Part shown: piece by piece, positions 11,246 to 23,800 of the stretch | Layout: each line of letters starts with the position of its first letter | Numbering within the stretch: the first letter of the stretch is position 1 | NCBI GenBank assembly: GCA_037447605.1 | Contig: JBBHKD010000010.1 | Coordinates: 16,987 to 80,986, forward strand | DNA length: 64,000 nucleotides | Direction of reading: 5' to 3' | From: Zygnema circumcarinatum SAG 698-1b | Taxonomy: Eukaryota > Plantae > Zygnematophyceae | The notes under the pieces: model-generated | The model's database searches: none | Seen by the model: the letters and a program-made list of their open reading frames with translations, nothing else | Told to the model about the DNA's origin: nothing | Program-made: the position numbers and the translations under genes

Positions 11246-13722
11246 CTTAAGCCGAGGAGGGGACCTTGGCTGCTGGTGTGGGGCGCACCGTGACTATGTG
11301 GTGCCCCTACGTGTGAACCAGTTCTCACGCTTCGAACCTAGGACCTCCGTCGTCCTATAGGGTATCCGATACCCTAACCATTAGGTAATGCATTGGATGG
11401 AAACATAAAGCCACGCCGGGCCCTAAGTAACCCTTCCCCCTTGGGGTGACTATAGCGTATCGCTACATTACTCCCCCCCTGTGAGAATGGGAACGCCCTC
11501 GTTCACGTGTGTGGGGTAGTAAAGGCAACTCGTAGTTTCAACGGCACGCGTCGAACTCTACGTGATAACCGGGAGGGCTCAGCGATAATCCCGGTCAAGT
11601 CCCTTTCCGAGTTGCGCGGGGACGGCTCGGGAACCCCCCGTGCCGCCCTTGCCCGCTCTCCTGCGGCCTGCGCCTCCCAGTACAAGTTTATGAGCTCCTG
11701 GCAATTGGTTAAGTTGCCCTCGGCTTCCCATGTGCTATGTTCAACCCCATAGCCCAACCATTTCACGAGAAATTCGTGACGGGAAGATCGACCCTTTCTC
11801 ACAAGACGGTGGGCTTGAATGGTTTCAACCTCATACTCAAGTTCACCTTCAAGTTCCACTGGTGGGGGAGGTGGTTGGATCCTCCCATCGCTACGGTAGG
11901 CCTTTAGCAAACCCACATGAAAGACCGGATGCACCTTCATGTGGTGGTAAATCAACGATGGCGACCTCATTATTCGCTTCCGCGGCGGTAAAGGAGTCGA
12001 TGAAACGGGGCCCGCGACTACGTGTTCCGCGTGGCTTTGGAGTCTCAAGTTAGCGTACTTAGCAACACCTCGCCATGCCGTTGAAGGTGAGTTGGAGATG
12101 CGATGGCGGTCGGCATAGGCCTTTTATGCTTGGCCCAGGAAGCATGGCGGTACGCCGTGCCCTGCAAAGCACCCTAGAGACGTGTAGGACAAAAGATCAT
12201 TTACTTGAGGTTGAGTCCCATCGATCCCTCGGCTTCAAGGATGGGGGTTCTGTGAGCGCCCATGTTCCACCAGATCGAGGCTTCAGTCATACTTGATTTC
12301 TGAGGATTTAGAAGGAATCCCCGGCCCAAAGTTAAAGGGGAAAAGAAAGAGGTAGTACCAATAGACTCCCCAGTAAAGATTATTGATGGCATACTCCGCC
12401 CATTGGGGTGATTCGTCCCACCCATCCGAGTGGGTCCCACATAATGCGGAGTATCCTCGAGATCCTATTCACCCGTTCCGTCGGCCATCGGTTTCTTGGT
12501 GGAAAATTTGTACTCAACGCACACTTGGCGGTCCCCAGCGATTTTGAGCACTTAGTCAAAATGGTAGGTGAATCGTGGATCACGGTCAGACACAATTTCT
12601 GACTGAAGACCATGCTGGCTCCACACTTTGTCAACATACAACCGTGCAATCTCGTCGGCCCCAGCGGTCTTAGTAGTTGGTGCAAAGTGCACCATCTTCT
12701 TTGGCCGTCGACAAAGGCGGGGATGAGTCATGCCCACAGAGGTATCCGCGGGGAAGATCGTGATCAGAAGTCCATACCCTGCTTGTCCCATTCCGAAAAG
12801 GAGGTGTGAGGGTTGCTGGCTGGCGTGAGGATCCTGCAGTCTACAGGGGTTTTATTTCAGTGAAACCAGTTAGGACCAGCAGAGTACATAAAACTTTCAC
12901 ATCCCTCGAGAGTCCAGGCCACCAGAACTCTCGGAGCAGTGCCTCACGGGTTTTGGCAACTCCCATGTGACCTCGGTACGGAGGATCATGTAGCTCACCC
13001 AGAATGAGCTGCCGTACAGTCCCGGCCTTGGGCACGACCAACTGCTGGCCGTGGTACCAGAATCCGTCCTTAGACACCACTTTGTCCTTATAGCCATTAC
13101 CTTGGCCATCCAGGAACAAAGGATCACCAGCATACCCCTCCTGGATCATCTGTCTGAGTTCAGAGAGAGCAGGAGGGTTGACTGCGTCACTGGTGGAGGG
13201 ATCTATGACNNNNNNNNNNTGCACCATGAACAAGGTGCATCCCTCCTTAACTGCTTTGGCCAATTGCATAGCTGAGCACAGATAAGGAGTATCAGGTTGC
13301 TTGATAGCAAAGGATGTGGAGGTGCCAGGGTGCAGGGTAAGCCGCCTGTCACCACTGTGCAGAATGCAATGTGGGACAGAAAAGTCCAATTGTGCCTTGA
13401 CCATGGTTAACCAAGCACTCCCTAAAATAACATCAGTTCCAGGGGCCAGATGAGTCAGAAGACACTTGACTGCCCCGGAGTAGGATTGGAGCTTGATCTT
13501 GAGTGTGACGATGCCAGAGATCTGGCCCTTTCTTCCATCCCCGAAAGTAACACTTTCTGAATGGGGATCTGTGGTCAACCCAAATCTATGGGTGAATGCA
13601 GAACTAACAAAGTTAGCATCTGCCCCAGTATCTAGCAGTATAACTGCTAGGTGGCCATTGGCTGACCCGATGAAGGTCATGGCACGATGGGCAAGGTGGA
13701 ACATAGATCGCACTATATGCGA
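11246..13722 (-). mobile_element. Chromovirus Ty3/gypsy G1 fragment: protease, integrase, chromodomain, PPT, 3' LTR start (to 11467)
   Basis: LLDTGADANFVS protease, HDPPYRGHMG integrase Zn finger, HPVFHVGLLK, and EYEVETIQ...LVKWLGYGVEHSTWE chromodomain. Bounded by N gaps. Confidence 0.88.
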
Positions 13723-13733
13723 ANNNNNNNNNN

Positions 13734-15670
13734 GGTGGAGGCATCAGCTACGAAGTCTCAGGAGGAGACCTCCAGTTCACGAGAGGAGACAGCCAGCATG
13801 CCGCATAAGTTGGTGGCTTCAGAACCACGTGCAGCGGCAAATGAAGAGTTGCTGGAGGAGATGGCTGTTGAGCCAAAGGAGGATGCACCAGCTCCAATGC
13901 GAGTTGTAGAGCAGCCTCAAGAGCATCCCTCCGTGATGGAGAAGACAAGTGGGAGGACCAGGCGGCCTCCAAATCGTTTCAGTCCGGCTGTGCCTACAAA
14001 GCGCATGCGGAAGAAAGCACGAAAGAATGCCCAGGATCATTCTGCATCATTCTCAGGTGACATGGACATGATTGCCCATTGTTACATGGCCCATGCTGTT
14101 GAGCCTCAGACTTACGGGGAAGCTGTTGAGGGGCCAGATCAGATCAAGTGGCAGGAGGCCATTGATAGTGAGTGGAACAGTCTGATTGAGAATCAGACTT
14201 GGCGCTTGGAGAAGCTCCCACCTGGGAGGCGTGCCATCGGCAACAAATGGGTCTTCAAGGTTAAGAGGAAGGCGGACGGCAGCATCGATAGGTACAAGGC
14301 GCGACTTGTGGCCAAGGGCTACAGTCAGAAGGAGGGGATTGACTACACAGAGACCTTTGCTCCTGTGGTGAAGTTCAACTCCCTCCTTTCCCTCATTTCT
14401 ATTGCAGCCGCAGAGGGGATGCATGTCCACCTGTTGGACATCAAGACTGCTTTCTTGTATGGAGATCTTGATGAAGAGATATACATGGAGCAGCCGGAGG
14501 GGAAGTGCGAGAAGGGAAAGGAGAACCTTGTGTGCAGACTCGTGAAGAGTTTGTATGGGCTGAAGCAGGCCCCTCGCGTGTGGTATGAGAAGATCGATGA
14601 ACTCTTACAGGGCTATGGGTTTGATCGTTTTGAGACTGATACTTGTGTGTACTCAGTTGGCGAAGATGATGATAAGTTGTTTGTTGGGGTCTATGTGGAT
14701 GACCTGATCATGATCAGCAAGTCTCTTCGCAGCATTGCAGAGTTGAAGGAGCTCTTGCAGGAGAATTTCCAGATGACTGACCTTGGAGAGGCCCAATATC
14801 TCTTGGGGATCCAGCTGAAGAGGGGGCCAGATGGTTCACTATTCCTTTGTCAAAGGAAGTATGCAGAAGATGTGTTGCGGAAGTTCAACATGTGGGAGTG
14901 CAGGCCATGCACAAGTCCCATGGAGGCTGGAGTTCGCTTCACGAAGGAGATGTCCCCGTCTACAGAGGAGGAGGCAAAGGCAATGGCTGGAGTGCCATAT
15001 CGATCTGCGATTGGGAGCCTCATGTATTTGATGACAGGCACGAGGCCTGACCTTGCGAAAGTCGTGAGCACGGCAAGCAGATTCATGGAGAACCCCGGCG
15101 AGGAGCATTGGGAAGGAGTCAAGCGTATATTTCGGTTTCTGAAGGGAACTGTGGATTATGGCCTCAGGTTTGAGAGGGGGACTCGCAGCCGAGTCTATGG
15201 CTATACAAACGCTGACTGGGGAGGGGATTTGGATTCATCCCGCTCCACATCTGGATACGTTTTCTTGAATGCAGGTGGGGCCATCACGTGGAACTCCACC
15301 TTGCGGTCTTGATAGCCCTCTCGTGGCGGAAAGCGAGAGTATATAGCTGACTTGCCATGCTGGCCGGAAAGTGTGTGTAGGCTGGCGGAACTTCTTTAAG
15401 GGAGTAGTGGCGGCCTGCAAACCCTTACCACTTTCTTCACCGGACAATCAGTCCTCTATTGCTCTAATGGGGAATCCGGTGTTCCACAAGCGGAGCAAGC
15501 ATTTCCGGATCCAATACCATTACGTGAGACAGGAGGTGAGAGAGGGACTTGTCAGTATCAAGTTCATTGGAACCAGGGAGCAGGCAGCCGATATGCTGAC
15601 GAAGGCAGTCAGTGGTGAGACCTTGAGGATTAATTCGGATCTCATTGGGCTGGGGCCTCTCAGGAACTAA
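13734..15670 (+). CDS. pol: Copia A pol: reverse transcriptase (RVT_2) and RNase H
   Basis: [54 protein letters not shown]. Frameshifted near 15300-15430. Confidence 0.92.
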
Positions 15671-17255
15671 AGTGCCAAAGAGGGGAATGTTAGTGTACAT
15701 AGTTAGTTCAGATTAGCATGTTTGTGTTGGGCTAGTTCCTAAAGGGTGTGCTTCTAGGTGCGACATGTATGGGGAGGGGACTCCATTTCAAATATGAGAT
15801 GGGCGCGAGAGAGACTGACTCGCGCAACCGTACGGATAGTATGGACTGTAATGGACCGTACGGTCGGTACGGACAGTACGACCGGGAGTCCGACATTTGG
15901 TACGCGCTTGCCGAGGTCGGTCTGGAGTACGGAATCAAGGAATGATGCGGGCGGCGGGCGACGGGCGCTGGAGTCGGGTGGAGGCGTAAGTGAGCTTACT
16001 TTTGGTGTGAGTAAAGATAGTCTGGTGGGTGTTACATGGAAGTTCAAATTTCTGCTGTAGAGTATATGTGGCCATCTGGGGTTGGGGAGCGGTGGTGTTG
16101 GTAATGCTGTTGCTGGGGTGTACTATGTATAAGAAGACACGGCAGTTTATTTAGGTTGTTTGAATAAGGTTGTTGCATGCATGGTCCCGGCGCGTGTGAC
16201 GTGACATGGTCACGTCACAGCCCCATACTATATAGTGAGTGTGGGTGTGTAAGTTAGCAACCTTCTTGATATGCATTGCAAGGCTATGGCAGTTTGAAGG
16301 CATGGCTTTGGCAACAGGAGGTGGACCTTTGTGAGGAGTCTCCGTGTGTGGAGAGCTGCCTCACGTGAAGGTGAAGTGATCATGTGGTGAAAGCTTGACT
16401 AGGCTTATGGGGGCTTGAGTTGGAAAGCTTGTCATCATAAAGGAGTTTTAGGCTGGGAGCTTTCTCCTACGTTTTTTCTATTCCGCCTCTCGTGTGTTGT
16501 GTATGCACGTGAGTGAAAAATGAGTGAGAGTGCTACGGGCACCAGGAGGGAAGTTTCCATGGACAGTGAAGAGGGAGAAAGGGTGGAAGGTGAATTTGCT
16601 TCTCATCCCTCTGCCCCTCTCACAGTACAAGCTCCTTTAGGAAATCTACATAATCCCTTATGCTAGATTCTCCTCCTCTCATGAGCACTATCCTATCCTC
16701 TCATAGATAGCCTACGCCCCAACTGCTGTAGCCAAGCACTACTTGCCTCCATGAACTCCTCCTCTACCTCAACACATGAGGGACACACCATCTAGCTCCT
16801 TCACTAAAGCTTAGCATGATGAGAGCTAGTTCCTTCACGACCTTCATACACAAGGCCGGACTCCTCTAGGCCTCAGCCTCTGCCTACTCTTCCTATACAA
16901 CAACGGTCGAGCAGCATAACACTCAGAGAGAGTGAGTGAGTGAGGGAGCCAAGCTTGCTCCCTCTTAAACTATGGCGGCCGGCGTGACGTGACCACCGAT
17001 GTCACGTCACAGGCGCACTAGCAAGCGCATGCACTCAACAGNNNNNNNNNNCCTAAGCCGTAATTCTACGACCCTAGACCTTCCCTAGACCTGCCGTACC
17101 ATGCCCTATCGATACGGGCACCCCCCATGTTCGGTCCTACACCAAACATGACCGTTCATACATGACATTGTCCCTATACCACCACATTGATGTCCCGGAC
17201 AACATCCATACTAGGAACTAAGTACCAACACCTTGATGTACCCTATACATCAACA

Positions 17256-17465
17256 TGTTCCATGTCTTTGGGGACTCCATCGCCGTTGTAATAGCACTTA
17301 CCTAAATAACACTGGGCATCACGATTGCCATTCTCTGCAGCGCGCCTATAAAACTGAACGGCCTGTTCCATGTCTTTGGGGACTCCATTTCCGTTAGCGT
17401 ATTGCACAGCTACACGGAACTGCGCCTCAGCCTCATCCTTGATCTTTTGTTTAAGGGTTTCAACC
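17256..17465 (-). pseudogene. Sel1-repeat protein gene, upstream exon
   Basis: EAQFRVAVQYANGNGVPKDMEQAVQFYRRAAENGNRDAQCYLGKCYYNGDGVPKDME are canonical 36-aa Sel1 repeats. AG acceptor at ~17466. Confidence 0.88.
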
Positions 17466-19368
17466 TGACAAGTCAAGGCGAGGAGGGGAATCACAAGTCA
17501 GCATTGTCGAAAATGCATAAGGAAATGGATGCACGCAAAAACTCAGGCTCTAGGGACTCGGGGTCTGATATGTCCTTTACGCATTCGAAGACAATTTCCT
17601 AACTGGGGGACGGTTCAAATCTCTCCTCAATCTGTTGACGAAGCAGCCTTTATCCCGGCAGGCACATCAATCACAGACAACGACAGGTGAATCTGCACAT
17701 GCATAAACTCCCAAACCCATCCCGGAAACTAACAGAATGCCATCACAGCGCTTCGATTGCAAAATTCGGCACGGAAACCGCGGCTCCCCCTCAACCTGTC
17801 TGTCCCGTCCGTACTTCGAAATAGGTTACAAAATGAGATGGGCTGCTCAAGCCGCCCGAGCCTCTAACGCTCACTTTTGGCGGTAAGAAGGCCCGCCAAG
17901 TATAACGCCGGAATCTGCCCCGACGCTCGTATGCACTAGTCGACCTCACCATGGCCAAACCAAATTCGTAAGCCCGTCGGGCCTATTCCGCCGTGTACGG
18001 CAGGCCTTTTTCGCAAAAAGTGGCTGCTCCCCCGCAGGTTTGGGCTCCTCGACATCAAGAAAATAATTATTTTACCTTCGTATCTTCGAGCCAGGTCTGA
18101 CCCCCCCCTTTTCGCCCCGCCGCGCTCCCTCCGCCGCCCGCCGCTGTAACAAACCCGACCTCAGCAGGGTTTGAACACAAGACCTCCCGGTACCCACACC
18201 AGTGCTTTACCATTAAAAGGCAACCGCGGATGTAAGTACTAGGCCATACAACACATGTATAGCGTTTCGCTACATTCCTCCCCACCTAAACCGGGCTCGT
18301 CCTCGAGCGCACTCAAGGGTTTTCACGAGCAGCGTTCAAGCTCCTTCAACACATGGACTACGGCCCTAGCCCCTCAGGCCACTAGGGGGACCGGACCCGT
18401 AGCATGTGTTAGTGTATAGTAGTTAGTCACTAGACAAGTTGTTGTTGGGACATTAGTTTTGTGTGCGTGTGTTGTGTGTGTGGCCCTTGGCGGCGATGTG
18501 CGCCTAGACCGACGGGCGGCGGTACGGACTTTGGTCGGCGAGAGGCGTTGGCGTTGGAGTCACAATTGACGAGGCGCGATGCTGGTTATTCGAAAAAATG
18601 TGACGTGGCGCGGACGCGGACGATGGAGTCAATCAGATGGTGGCGCGACGCTGGCGGACCCGCGCGCGAATCATAGCGACGCTGCGCGGCGTCACCTTTG
18701 GATTGAATGATTCGGACTTAACGCCATGCGACGTCAGAATGTCGGCGCGCGATTCATCATTGTACGGAGCGGCGTCAGATGTCGGTGGCGTGCGACGACG
18801 CGGAGTTTGACGCGTCATCAATCTTGGAGGCGGGGTCAGATCCTACGGCGCAAGACGTGGATTAGCTTAGAGGCCGAGTCGGATCTGACGGAGGAAACGT
18901 ACGGGATCCGTGTGAGCCGACGAGGATCCGACGGCGCAGGATGAGGATCGGGATAGGGCCCTTGCGGGCCGCTAGCCGATGTTGTGAGCTTCGTTGTATG
19001 GTAGTGTCACGGATGTTGTGACATAGTATATAGTGTGTTGTTTTGTTTGGTTGTTTATCTTAACTTCTGGATCACCAGCGTAGCTATTGTAGACTCTGAG
19101 AAGCTGTTGCTCGTGTTGCTTAACACTACACTTGCTTGTGCTGCGAGGTAGTGGGCTTTTGAGTTTATTGGGCTAGTTGAGAGGGGGTCTCTCAATTGTG
19201 GTGTTAAGATCATTATTAAGGAGTTTTAGAGCCGAGAGCTTTCTCCTATCCTTTTCTCTCTGTTATTCCGCTGTGCATATTCTGTGAGGTTCACTCTGTG
19301 AGTAAAATGGGCTATGAGTGAATGTGAGAGTTTGGGAAATGTCATCATCGATTGGAACGCGAACTCCG

Positions 19369-20863
19369 ATGGAAGGTGATGCGAGTGGAGAAGCCGGCAG
19401 CAGTGGAGGAGTCCCTGCACCAACAAGTGGTATCAGAGCTCATGGAGACTCGGAGGACCACGTCAAGTTCAGCATTCCGGCCTTTGATGGGCAGGATTAC
19501 AAGGCGTGGAGATGGAGGTTGGTTCCCTTGCTTGTAGGCAAAGGGTTGCTTGGGTATGTTGATGGCAGCATCAAGGCGCCGGAGTTACCGGTTGGAGCCT
19601 CAGCGGAGCAGCAGTCGGAGTACGACGTGGCGCTCGCACGATGGAAAGCCAAGGACAACAAGGCCCTGACGCAGATTGTAATGAGCGTAAGAGGAAGTCC
19701 GTCCTCTATGCTTTATGATCTGAAGACCTCTCATGCCATGTGGAGATGCCTAGAGGAAATGTATGATGTAAAAGACAATGTGACGATCGTCAGTCTTTAC
19801 ACGCAGCTAGGCAAGATGAAGATGACTTCAGAGGAGAAACTAGAAGCTTATATGGTCAGATTTGATGCATTGATGGAGAGGTTCATAGCCTTGGGGAAAC
19901 CGTTAGATGCAGACCATAAGACAAGCCAGTTTCTAGGGGGTTTGCCCGGGAGATTCGAAGTTTCAGTGGCAGCCTTGAGGACAGTTCTGACCAATACCTC
20001 TATGACGCTTGAACAAGTTAAGCGTAGGATAAAGGAGGAGGATTCGATTCAGGATGTCGGCGGCCAAGAAGAGAAGGTGCTCGCGTTGCACACTCGACCG
20101 AATCGAAGAGGAGGAGGCGCCCCGAAGTCAGCCCGAGGAGAACGCTCGAATGTGACATGCTTCACATGTGGCAAGACCGGCCACTACTCCAGCGACTGTT
20201 TCAAGAACAAAAGCAGTCCAGAGAAGGGAGGAAACGCGACTTCATCCGGCAAGAAGGAGAAGAAGGCGTTCAGCGGCACTTGTTTCAAGTGCAAGAAGAG
20301 AGGTCACAAGAGTTCAGACTGCAAGGTAGCAGTTGAGAGCAACCTCATGCTGGCAGAGAATACTGAGCACGATTTTGTGGGAAGGATTCAGGCAGAGGAC
20401 CTGAAGCGGCCGTGGCTGATTGACTCCGGCGCTTCCACGCATATGTGCGGAGACACATCGATGTTCTCCAAGCTCGACAACTTGGAGAAGGCTCGCTCAG
20501 TTCATTCAGCAACCGGTGAAGGAGTCACCGTGACGAGAGGTGGAGCCGTGAGGATGATACTCGGAGACGGCTCGGTCATCAATGAAGAAGACATACAAGA
20601 GAAGTTGTCAAATTGGTGACGTTCTTCACACCCCTGAGCTAAAGCAGAATTTCATGTCTGTTAGCCAAGTGTGTAAGAAAGGATACAGTGTTCTGTTTGA
20701 GGAGAAGTCATGCGTGGCCATCCATACAGAAACTGGGAGACAGCTGTTTAGGGGTTATGAGAGAGGAGGGCTGTATTATCTTGATTATAAGAGGGAGAAT
20801 TATGAGCATGCCAATGCAATCTCAGAGAATGCTGTAGATGTATGGCATAGAAGACTTGGTCAC
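19369..20863 (+). CDS. gag-pol: Copia B gag (two CCHC knuckles), protease and GAG-pre-integrase start
   Basis: CFTCGKTGHYSSDC, CFKCKKRGHKSSDC, WLIDSGASTHMC and WHRRLGH. One frameshift near 20610. Confidence 0.9.
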
Positions 20864-23800
20864 TGTAACACCCTGCCCCCTGGCAGGCTGCTCTGAGAGT
20901 CTAAGTGTCAGGAGAGGAAGAGAGAGAGAGAAGCGTAGGCTCAATGCTGGTACAAAGAGCTCGGATGGTCCCCCCATCCCAGCAGCCCCCTAAGCCCCTT
21001 TCTCGAACTTCTACCAAAGATGGAGGACCGGAGCGGACTGCCTAATCGTAGCCCGGCCATATGGCGTGAGACTTTAACCGAAAGACGGGCTATGACAAGC
21101 CTTCCGGGTGGTCTCGCCACATTCACGGCGCGACGCGCTGTCGTGCGGGGCCGGCAAGACGGCTATATTCCCATGTGAGTCGGTCACCGCCGTACCGCCC
21201 GCATAGCATTTGACGGTATTTCGCCAAAAGATGCCACCGCGATCTTCGTCGCTGCCAAGGGCGCGCCGACAAAAGCGGGGCGGCAAAGGCGGCCAGTATC
21301 TCTCGCCGCGATCTCGGTGAGGGTACGGTGCGCCCGTACATCTCAGATTTTATCACCAAGACGCATCCAAAAGAGGGACCTGTGGGTGGGATACCCATCC
21401 CCAAGTACTAGGCCCAAATGGTCTCCCTCAAGGCCTGCCAGCCCATTCCCCTTCCTCAATGAGACTAGGCGTTCGGGATCAACACAGACGCTAATCTAAC
21501 CTTGGCGGTTCGAGCCGCAGGACCTCCTTTCGTCAACATAAGATCCCGAGACCTTACCCCTAAAGCGACAGCCATACATAGTGTACTATGTATAGTGCTC
21601 TCCTGTGTGGTCTCGCTACGCATTGCTACGCTACATTACCCTCGTGAGTATGTGGAACGCCTCGCCTTCACCGGGAATAAGAAAGCTTGGCGTTCTCAAG
21701 CAGCTTAAGAGGTACGCTCGTCTCAAGGGGTGTACGGAGGCTCCGCCATCCCCGTCAAGTCCTTTCCTCAGTAAATAAGGCGGGACGTGAACTCTAACTC
21801 TCGCCCGCTTCTCACCTCAGCCAATCATACCCCAGCATAATCTCGTGAGCTCCTTGCAATTTGTCAGATTGCTCTCACGTTCCCACGTGCTATGTTCAAC
21901 CCCATAGCCCAACCATTTCACGAGATATTCGTGGCGGGAAGTCTGACCTCTACTCACTGTCCTGTGTGTCTGAATGGCTTCAACCTCATACTCGAGATCA
22001 CCTTCAACTTCCACTGGAGGGGGAGGTGGTTGGACTCTCCCATCGCTGCGGTATGCCTTAAGAAGACCCACATGAAAGACCGGATGCACTTTCATATGAG
22101 CCGGTAAAGCCAACCGGTAAGCGACNNNNNNNNNNCTCAGGCGGTCGACAAACACGAGGATGGAGTCAAAACCCCGAGCTGTCACAGGTAAATCTGTGAT
22201 CAAATCCATACCCACACTCTCCCACTTCCTGTAAGGAGGGGCGAGGGGCTGGAGCAAGCCAGGCACAGGTCCCGTGCGAGGCTTATCCCGCTGACAAGTT
22301 GGGCATGCGAGTACATACGCCTCCACGTCCGCTGTAATTCCGGGCCACCAGAATTCTCGGAGCAGTGCTTCACGGGTTTTGGCAACTCCCATATGGCCCC
22401 TGTACGGAGGATCGTGCATCTCACTCAGTATGAGCTGCCGTACAGATCCAGCCTTGGGTACGACTAACTGCTTATCGTGGTACCAAAAACCGTCCCGAAG
22501 CACGAGCTTGTTCTTATAGCCACTGCCTCCTACCGTCCGTAGAACAAAGGATCACAATGTACCCCTCCCCGGATCATCCGTCTCGGAATCGCAGAGAGCG
22601 GAGGGCCGACCGCATCACCGTGGAGGGGTTTGGCGGACAAAAACATACCGAGATGTAAACGCCGGGTTGGCCGCCCTTCGCCTCCACCATCTCGCACTCA
22701 CCAACACTCGAGTCGCATTTACGCATCATCCAAAGTTAGATGAATGGGCTGCTCGCCAGCTGGTCCGCTACATTCAGCCTCCCGGCCTCAGATACCCACT
22801 TGCAAATGAACCGCTGGAGGAACTCATACCACAAGGCTCGGCCACCGGAAGAGTCTCTGGCTGAAAGTGGAGAGGAACGCCAAGGACTCCGCGGTTCAAG
22901 GGACTAGCGTGACTGCCACCGCCTCCAAATAGCAACGCCATGTCCTCAGGGCGTGAACAACGGCCAAGAGCTCCTGCTCTGTGGCTGAGTAGTTTCGCTC
23001 AGCTGGGTTCATCTTGCGACTTTCGTAAGCAAGAGGTTGGTCGTCTTGGAACAAGACCGCACCCAAAGCGAACCCCGAAGCGTCACATACCACTTCATAT
23101 GGCAACCGCGGATCAGCCAACCTCAACGTAGGTGCTGTCACAAGCGCATGTCTCACACCATCAAATGCCGTCTGGCACTCTGGCGTCCATGCATACGCGA
23201 CACCGGAACGTGTCAAATTGGTAAGAGGTGTTACCAACTTACTAAAGCCTTGGATAAACTTACGAAAATAATTCGCAAATCCAAGAAAAGACCGCAACTG
23301 ATGAAGATCAGCCGGTATAGCCCATGTCTTTACAGCAGACACCTTGGCTGGATCAGGTTTCAGTCCCTGATCGTTCAAGATATGCCCAAGATACAACAAC
23401 TCCCGTTGCATGAAGTTACACTTTTTTCGCTTGGCATAAAACGTGTGTTTTCGCAACACCTCGAACACTTTGCGTACATGCACAAGATGTTCAGCGTCCG
23501 TCTTGCTGAATACCAGGATATCATCCAGGTAGACAAGGACAAACTCATCCATGCCGACGAACATTTCGTTCATCACAGCTTGGAATGTAGCCGGAGCGTT
23601 GGTCAGTCCAAAAGGTAGCACCTTGTACTGGAAGTGACCAATCGGCGTCCGAAATGCCGTTTTAGGAAAATCAGCATCCGTGACACGAATCTGATGGTAC
23701 CCCTGCGCAAGGTCGAGCGAGGTGAACACCTTCGCCCCTTGCAGACGGTCCAGAAGATCATCTATGCGTGGTAAAGCAAACCTGTTCTTTACCGTGATCT

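Larger units (their letters stand above)
9658..16624 (+). mobile_element. Ty1/copia retrotransposon, family A, both LTRs (9658-10960 interrupted; 15688-16624)
   Basis: TSD GTACA (9653-9657 / 16625-16629). PBS TGGTATCAGAGC at ~10963 and PPT AAAGAGGGGAA before 15688. Gag and RT/RNase H lie inside. Confidence 0.93.
9264..17255 (-). mobile_element. Family D LTR (apparent solo LTR; N gap at 17042-17051) inserted in the Sel1 gene and hosting copia A
   Basis: TG...CA ends with TSD TGTTC at 9259-9263 and 17256-17260. Pieces 9264-9657 and 16630-17255 are the reverse complement of the LTR at 34431-36014. Confidence 0.85.

Noticed and set aside
11236-13733. Chimeric copia-gypsy element
   Set aside because: The gypsy part is antisense and bounded by N gaps. 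Nesting is demonstrated elsewhere by TSDs and explains it.
20600-20625. Programmed frameshift in copia B after the protease
   Set aside because: The homologous family C sequence (ORF 60190-60924) reads straight through (LCIGDVLHTP), so a single extra base explains it.
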